A stretch of DNA of 64,000 nucleotides. Source: Planctomycetota bacterium (GTDB lineage: Bacteria; Planctomycetota; UBA8108; SXIK01). The stretch spans positions 3,787,334 to 3,851,333 of the forward strand of contig CBDCXR010000004.1 of NCBI GenBank assembly GCA_965223845.1, read 5' to 3'. Below the pieces are notes generated by a model. That model saw only the letters and a program-made list of their open reading frames with translations, did no database searches and was not told the DNA's origin. Shown piece after piece: positions 58,735-64,000 of the stretch. A program made the translations under genes and the position numbers. Position 1 is the stretch's first letter; each line of letters begins with the position of its first letter.

Positions 58735-59991
58735 TCAGTCCTTGGGGCGGAGCAGCGCCAGCGCACGCGCGGCCGCGGCGGCTCGAGCTCCGCCTCGCGC
58801 CGACTCCGCACGAAAGAGCGCGACGACGTCCGCTCGGTCGACGCCCTTCGTCCTCGGCTCGATACCGCCGAGGAGACGGACGACGTACGCGACTTCGTCG
58901 TCCGATTCACTCGCGCCGGCCAGCTCGAGGAGCCGAGCGATCGCGGGATCGTCGCCGCGCCGAGCGAGGACCCAGAGGATCCGCCGGCGCTCGTCCGCAT
59001 CCTTCGCCTCGCGAGAGCGCGCGACGAGCGCCGCGGTCATTCGCGGTCCGGGGAGCAGCACCGCCGCCTCGAGCGCGGCGCCGCGGATCTGGCGATTCGC
59101 ATCGCCCGTCGCCGCCGCGATGCGCGCGATCTCACTCTGGAGACCCGCGCGCGCGAACCCGATGAGCGCCGCGCAGTGCTCGGCGATCCCGAGGCTCGTC
59201 GCTCGATCGTAGATGCGACGCGCCGTCCCGCGCTCGGAGTTCGCCACGAGACTGTCGGCGAGCCGAAGATACGCCCGGCGAACGCGCAGGTGATCGATCC
59301 CCTCGGTCGTGCGGAGCGCCTCCTCGAGGACGCTAACGGACGAAATCTCACCGATGAGTGCGAGCGATTCGATCGCGACGAGGCGAACTTCCCGATCCTC
59401 GTCGCGCGCAGCTTCGAGCAGGTGCTGAACGGCCAGCGCGTCCTTGCGCAGTCCCATCGCTCGGAGGACGCCGAGTCGCAGATTCCCCGTCGCGCCCGAG
59501 AGCGCATCGCGGAGCGCCTTCTTCACGGTGACGACAGGGATCCGTTCGAGCGCACGCCGCGCGGCTTCGCGGACGGCCGCCTCGCCGTGCCCGCCGAGGA
59601 TCGACGCGAGCGGCCGCACGGATTCGTACTTTCCCAGTCGTCCGATCTCCTCGATGAGCGCGACGCGAGCCCGGAGCGGAAGCTCCGCCTCGAGGGCGGC
59701 GAGGGCGGACTTGACGAACTCACGCCTCGCGCCATCCGCACCGGGGCGTCCGCTCTCCGCACTCGCACGTTCCAGCCGGTCCGCACCGCGCGCAAACTCG
59801 CTCGGCTCTTCGCTCGCAAGCTGCGAGACGATCGCAGCGAACGGCGGCGGATCCTGGGCGCGAGCTCCGTCGGCGAGGAATGCAAGCGCGAACGGGATGA
59901 TCGACAAGAAGATCGGCAGCGCACGCGACGGCGCGAACGGTCTCGACCGGCGCGCCAGCGCGACGACAAGGAAACAGGCGTTCGAATTCAT
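58735..59991 (-). CDS. HEAT/PBS-lyase-like repeat protein (membrane-anchored or secreted)
   Basis: Repeated Ala/Leu/Arg-rich HEAT-like units (E.R..AA.AL..IG) and an N-terminal hydrophobic segment LPIFLSIIPFALAFLA. Confidence 0.6.
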   Translation of the reverse strand: MNSNACFLVVALARRSRPFAPSRALPIFLSIIPFALAFLADGARAQDPPPFAAIVSQLASEEPSEFARGADRLERASAESGRPGADGARREFVKSALAALEAELPLRARVALIEEIGRLGKYESVRPLASILGGHGEAAVREAARRALERIPVVTVKKALRDALSGATGNLRLGVLRAMGLRKDALAVQHLLEAARDEDREVRLVAIESLALIGEISSVSVLEEALRTTEGIDHLRVRRAYLRLADSLVANSERGTARRIYDRATSLGIAEHCAALIGFARAGLQSEIARIAAATGDANRQIRGAALEAAVLLPGPRMTAALVARSREAKDADERRRILWVLARRGDDPAIARLLELAGASESDDEVAYVVRLLGGIEPRTKGVDRADVVALFRAESARGGARAAAAARALALLRPKD

Positions 59992-60026
59992 GGTGACGAG
60001 CTTCTAGTGGCGAGAGCGATCGACGA

Positions 60027-61253
60027 CTATATCTGGTACGGAGCCCGCATCGGACGGTCGAGCCAACGCGAGGCCGCTTCGTCGTCGACGATTTCTTCCT
60101 TGGCCGGATCCCAGCGGATCGTGCGACCGAGCCAGATCGCGATGTTCGAGAGATGACACACCGTGACCGAGCGCGCGCCGATTTCGACGTCGGCGACCGG
60201 CTCGTCGCGCGTGGTCATGCAGTTCCACCAATCGCGATGGTGTCCGGGGCTCCGGTAGAGTTTCACCGCCGGACTCGCGAGCTCGGCTCCGAGCTCCGCG
60301 GGATCCGCCGCGAATTTGCCGCGGTTCACGGTGATCGAGCCGGCCGACCCGACGAACTTGACCCCGTCGGCCGCTACCTTGCCGCAGCGCACCGTGACAC
60401 CGTTCTCGTAAACGATCGTCACGTACTCTTTTCCAGATTCGGGCGGGCGAACCTCTACCGGTCCGCTGCGCTCGTACCCGAGACCCCATTGCGCGATGTC
60501 GAGATGGTGAGCTCCCCAATCGGTCATCGTGCCGCCGGAAAACTCGCGGTACGCCCGCCAGCTCCCGGGGTGGAGCTTCCGATTGTAGTCACGCCACGGC
60601 GCGGGTCCGATCCAGCGGTCCCAATCGAGTCCCGATGGTACCGGCTCGGCGGGGAGGCGACAGGGTCGCGACGATCCCCATACGCTCACGAGGACTTCCT
60701 TGACCGCTCCAATTCGACCATTTCGAACGAGCTCGCAGGCGCGATGGAACTCCGCGCCCGAGCGCTGCTGACTCCCGACTTGAACGACGCGAGCGTAGCG
60801 ACGCGCGGCGTCGACCATCTTTCGTGCCTCGACGACGGTGAGGCTGAGCGGCTTTTCGCAGTAGACGTCCTTCCCCGCTTCACACGAGTGGATCGCCGGA
60901 AGCGCGTGCCAGTGATCGGGCGTCGCGATGACGACCGCGTCGACGTCCTCCCGGTCGAGGAGCGCGCGATAGTCGTTCGTCTTGAAACACGCCGAGCCAA
61001 CGCGGGCGGCGGCGGCGTCACGCTTCGACGCGTCGACGTCGCAGACCGCGACCGACGGGTGGGACTTGCTCGTCGCATATCGGCCGAGGTGTCCGTTTCC
61101 CATGCCGCCGACACCGATGTGTCCGATTCCGACGCGCTCGTTCGCATCGGGACGAAACGCCGTCCCGATGGCCCCTGGACGAGCGATCGCCGGAGCGACG
61201 AGTCCGGCTCCGAGCGCGCCTAGGAACGAGCGACGACTGACGCGCCGAGACAT
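60027..61253 (-). CDS. Gfo/Idh/MocA-family NAD(P)-dependent oxidoreductase with a twin-arginine signal (GH109-like/inositol-dehydrogenase-like)
   Basis: TAT motif SRRSFLGALGAGLVAPAIA, Rossmann GIGHIGVGGMG, ATPDHWHA and EKPLSLT motifs. The 84-aa extension was trimmed. Confidence 0.85.
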   Translation of the reverse strand: MSRRVSRRSFLGALGAGLVAPAIARPGAIGTAFRPDANERVGIGHIGVGGMGNGHLGRYATSKSHPSVAVCDVDASKRDAAAARVGSACFKTNDYRALLDREDVDAVVIATPDHWHALPAIHSCEAGKDVYCEKPLSLTVVEARKMVDAARRYARVVQVGSQQRSGAEFHRACELVRNGRIGAVKEVLVSVWGSSRPCRLPAEPVPSGLDWDRWIGPAPWRDYNRKLHPGSWRAYREFSGGTMTDWGAHHLDIAQWGLGYERSGPVEVRPPESGKEYVTIVYENGVTVRCGKVAADGVKFVGSAGSITVNRGKFAADPAELGAELASPAVKLYRSPGHHRDWWNCMTTRDEPVADVEIGARSVTVCHLSNIAIWLGRTIRWDPAKEEIVDDEAASRWLDRPMRAPYQI

Positions 61254-61868
61254 CGCGATCCTCCGAGCTGGTTTCGGTCGAGATGAGCCGCGCCCGCGTC
61301 GCGTCACATCGCCATCGAGCTGAAGCGAGCCCCGCGCGCGGAGGAACCGAACGACCGCGAAGGCAGCAACAGCGGTAAATCGAGAACGTAATCCCAGGAA
61401 AGGATAGTCCACCGTGCGCGCGATGACAGCTCTCTCGTCCGTTCGATTTGTCGATTCCGGCGTGCTGAGACGGGCGCTGCGCTTGTGTTCGACGAGACTC
61501 GGCACGGGGCGATTCGATTTAGCCGGGAACTAGCGCGTTCGCTCTCCTCCGACAAACAACGGACGAATCCTCCCCGGCTCGAGACGCGAGGCGCGAACGG
61601 GACGACTCCCGATCGGGCGAGCCGTGAGACGGGATCGATACCGCTTTCGCCCACGGATGCTCTGTCGTGAATCCGCGACGATCGTCTGGAAACACGTGCC
61701 GTTCGGTTCGCGATGCCGACCGATGTCCCTCGTTTTCTGACGGCGAACCGATTCGCGCGCGGACCCCCAGCTCACGACTCGTGTTCAGGCGACCGAACTC
61801 TTAGCTCGATCGCGCTCCGAGGCCGGTAGAATGACGCGCAACGAGAATCCACTGAGCGAGGTATCAAG

Positions 61869-63143
61869 ATGGCAGAACGCTCGACCCGACGGCGGTTTCT
61901 AAAGCGCGCGGCGCAGATCGGAGCGGCCGCGAGCGCACCGGCGATTTTTCCGCACGGAATGCTCGGTGCGGCATCGCCGAACGAGCGCATCGTCACCGGT
62001 CATATCGGCGTCGGCGGCATGGGCACGGGACAGCTCCGCGGCTCGTTTCTTCAGAACGCGGGGGCGATTTGCGATGTCGACGAAAACCACCTCCGCCGCG
62101 CCGCTCGTCTCGTCGGTCGGTACGTCCCGCTCTACCGCGACTTTCGCGAGCTCCTCGACCAGCGTGACATCGACGGCGTCGTCGTCGCGACGCCCGATCA
62201 CTGGCACGCAGTGCAGACTGTCTACGCGTGCGAAGCGGGAAAGGACGTCTACTGTCAGAAGCCCCTCAGCCTCACCGTCGAAGAAGGGCTCAAGATGAAA
62301 GCCGCCGCGGATCGCTGCGGGCGCATCATCCAAGTCGGCTCGCAGGGACGCTCGACGCGCGCCGCGTACAAGGCCTGCGGTTACGTTCGGAACGGACAGA
62401 TCGGCCGCGTGAAGGAAGTGCGCTGCTGGCACTACGCCAATCCCGTCGGGGGCTTCAAACCCGACGAGCCGCCGCCTCCGCACCTCGACTGGGATCTCTG
62501 GCTCGGTCCGGTTCGCTACGTGCCCTACAACGTCGACCGCTGTCACTTCAATTTTCGTTGGTTCCTCGAGTTCGGTGGCGGACAGATCCGCGACCGCGGC
62601 GCGCACGTCATGTCCGTTGCGCTGTGGCTGCTCGGCGCCGACACGCAGCCGCTTCACTCGGTCGAAGCAACGGGAACGGCTCCCAAGGAGGGCATCTGGG
62701 ATTGTCCCGTCGACATGGAGGTGAAGTACGAGTTCAAGGACCCGGACTGGACGATGTACTGGCTCCAGCCCGGCGAGCCGCAGCGCGGTGCGGGCTACGG
62801 CGCGACGTACCTCGGGGAGAAGGGAAACCTCATCGTCACCGGAGGAGACGGCGGCTGCGGCACCGAGGAAAAAGCGATGCAGTACACTCCGCCCTCCGAT
62901 GGAGTTCAGCCGTACAAGAGTCCTGGTCACGAACGCGATTGGCTGAATTGCATGAAGACGCGGGAGAAGCCGATCATGCACATCGACGCGGGTCTCGCGG
63001 TCGCCAATCTGTGCATTCTGGGGAACATTTCGTACATCCTCGGACGCGAGCTCCGGTGGGATGCCGAGACGAATCGTGTGATCGGTGACGCGGAGGCGAA
63101 CCGGATGCTCGCTCGGCCAAATCGCACGCCGTGGCGGATTTGA
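61869..63143 (+). CDS. Gfo/Idh/MocA-family oxidoreductase with a twin-arginine signal (paralogue of 60027..61253)
   Basis: TAT motif TRRRFLKRAAQIGAAASAPA, Rossmann TGHIGVGGMG, ATPDHWHA and QKPLSLT motifs. Confidence 0.85.
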   Translation: MAERSTRRRFLKRAAQIGAAASAPAIFPHGMLGAASPNERIVTGHIGVGGMGTGQLRGSFLQNAGAICDVDENHLRRAARLVGRYVPLYRDFRELLDQRDIDGVVVATPDHWHAVQTVYACEAGKDVYCQKPLSLTVEEGLKMKAAADRCGRIIQVGSQGRSTRAAYKACGYVRNGQIGRVKEVRCWHYANPVGGFKPDEPPPPHLDWDLWLGPVRYVPYNVDRCHFNFRWFLEFGGGQIRDRGAHVMSVALWLLGADTQPLHSVEATGTAPKEGIWDCPVDMEVKYEFKDPDWTMYWLQPGEPQRGAGYGATYLGEKGNLIVTGGDGGCGTEEKAMQYTPPSDGVQPYKSPGHERDWLNCMKTREKPIMHIDAGLAVANLCILGNISYILGRELRWDAETNRVIGDAEANRMLARPNRTPWRI

Positions 63144-63147
63144 GGAG

Positions 63148-64000
63148 GGACGGACCATGAGATACCACGCACTCGCGATCGCGATCGCCACCTCGCTGCT
63201 CCTCGCCGCTGCCTCCCCGATCCGCGCGGAGACTCCCGCCACCGAAACCGTCCCCGATCCGGCGGCCGACCGCGCCGTCGCGAAGCTCGTCGAACAGGTC
63301 ACATCGGACGACAAGGACGTCCGCTACGCCGCTCGATCGGCGGCGCGTACGCTCGGGGCGCGGGCGATCAACCCGCTCGGCCGGCTGCTCGAGCACGAGA
63401 GCCGCGAAGTTCGGATCACGGCGCTCCGAGCGCTCGAGCAGATCGTGCATCACGCCGGTCGACCTGGTGCGGCTCGAGAGGCGCTCGCGGCGAGCCGGTC
63501 GTTGGCTCGGGTCGTCCGCTCGGACTCCCCGCAGTGGGTGAAGCTCGAGCTTCTCAGTCTCGTCGCGCACATTGGCGGGGACGCGATCGTTCCCCGCGTG
63601 AGCGGCTTCCTCCACGACCCCGATCCGCACGTCCGCGAGACGGCGCGCCTCGCCCTCGAGCGCATCCCAACGCGCGCGGCGAGCGGAGCTCTCATTCGCG
63701 CGGTGCGCGAATCGACCGGCGCAGATCGCGTCGCGTTTCTGTTCTCGCTCGGGAAGAAGCGTGACCCCGCGCTGACATCGTTTCTCCTCAGTCAGGCGTA
63801 CGACAGAGACGAAGAGGTCCGCCTCGCCGCACTCCGCGCGCTCGCGCACGCCGGTGCGCCGGAGGCTCAGCCGGCGTTTCGAGACGAGATCCAGCGCTCG
63901 GAGTCTCACGAGCGCGCTCAGCTGTTCGGAGAACTGCTCCGTCTCGCCGACGAGCTCGCAGACGCGGGTCGCTCGGGCGTCGCACGCCACCTGTTCGGCG
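63148..64000 (+). CDS. HEAT-repeat protein, 5' portion (runs off the window end; absent from the ORF track because it has no stop)
   Basis: ATG at 63148 preceded by GAGGAGGG. Signal-like MRYHALAIAIATSLLLAAASPIRA, then HEAT-like repeats (VRYAARSAARTLG, VRITALRALEQI, VRETARLALERI). Confidence 0.6.

Overview
The window is high-GC (about 68-70%) chromosomal DNA with dense operonic packing and many ATGA/TTGA stop-start overlaps. Nearly every real gene is shadowed by long Arg/Ala/Gly/Pro-rich spurious ORFs on other frames, so I called genes by composition and recognisable motifs; many ORF-track ORFs carry spurious N-terminal extensions that I trimmed. The gene content (DUF1501/DUF1800, PSCyt1 cytochrome domain, dockerin-like modules, DUF1080/ThuA, TAT-signal Gfo/Idh/MocA enzymes) points to an environmental Gemmatimonadota/Planctomycetota-like lineage; this is inference only. 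Genes in order along the window: a 3' gene fragment; a Zn/Mn-type metal ABC importer operon whose two ABC-3 permeases each carry a fused DtxR-type C-terminal domain; a secreted alpha/beta-hydrolase; a ThuA-DUF1080 fusion; sdhCAB (type B succinate dehydrogenase); a PQQ-like beta-propeller plus PfkB sugar kinase pair; carboxynorspermidine dehydrogenase plus decarboxylase (alternative spermidine/norspermidine pathway); a secreted dockerin-repeat protein; a mannitol-dehydrogenase-family protein; a lone 2-oxo-acid dehydrogenase E2 with two lipoyl domains next to lipB; glnD-glnK-amtB; an ECF sigma/anti-sigma pair; a CUT2 sugar ABC transporter; a CaCA antiporter; a Tm-1-like UPF0261 plus TIM-barrel pair; a rhomboid-TPR protease; trkA-trkH; a DUF1501/DUF1800 pair beside a dockerin+PSCyt1 c-type cytochrome-domain protein; a very large propeller/Y_Y_Y sensor histidine kinase preceded by a translationally coupled small CxxC membrane protein; a PIG-L deacetylase with a long extension; an S9 peptidase; and two mirror-arranged HEAT-repeat plus TAT-exported Gfo/Idh/MocA oxidoreductase pairs. 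I found no rRNA, tRNA, CRISPR array, transposase or recognisable defence/TA/BGC module. The most unusual items are the permease-DtxR fusions, the recurring dockerin-Pro-Cys module shared by three otherwise unrelated secreted proteins, and the small protein coupled to the sensor kinase. Coordinates derived by codon arithmetic from the ORF track may be off by a few nucleotides.
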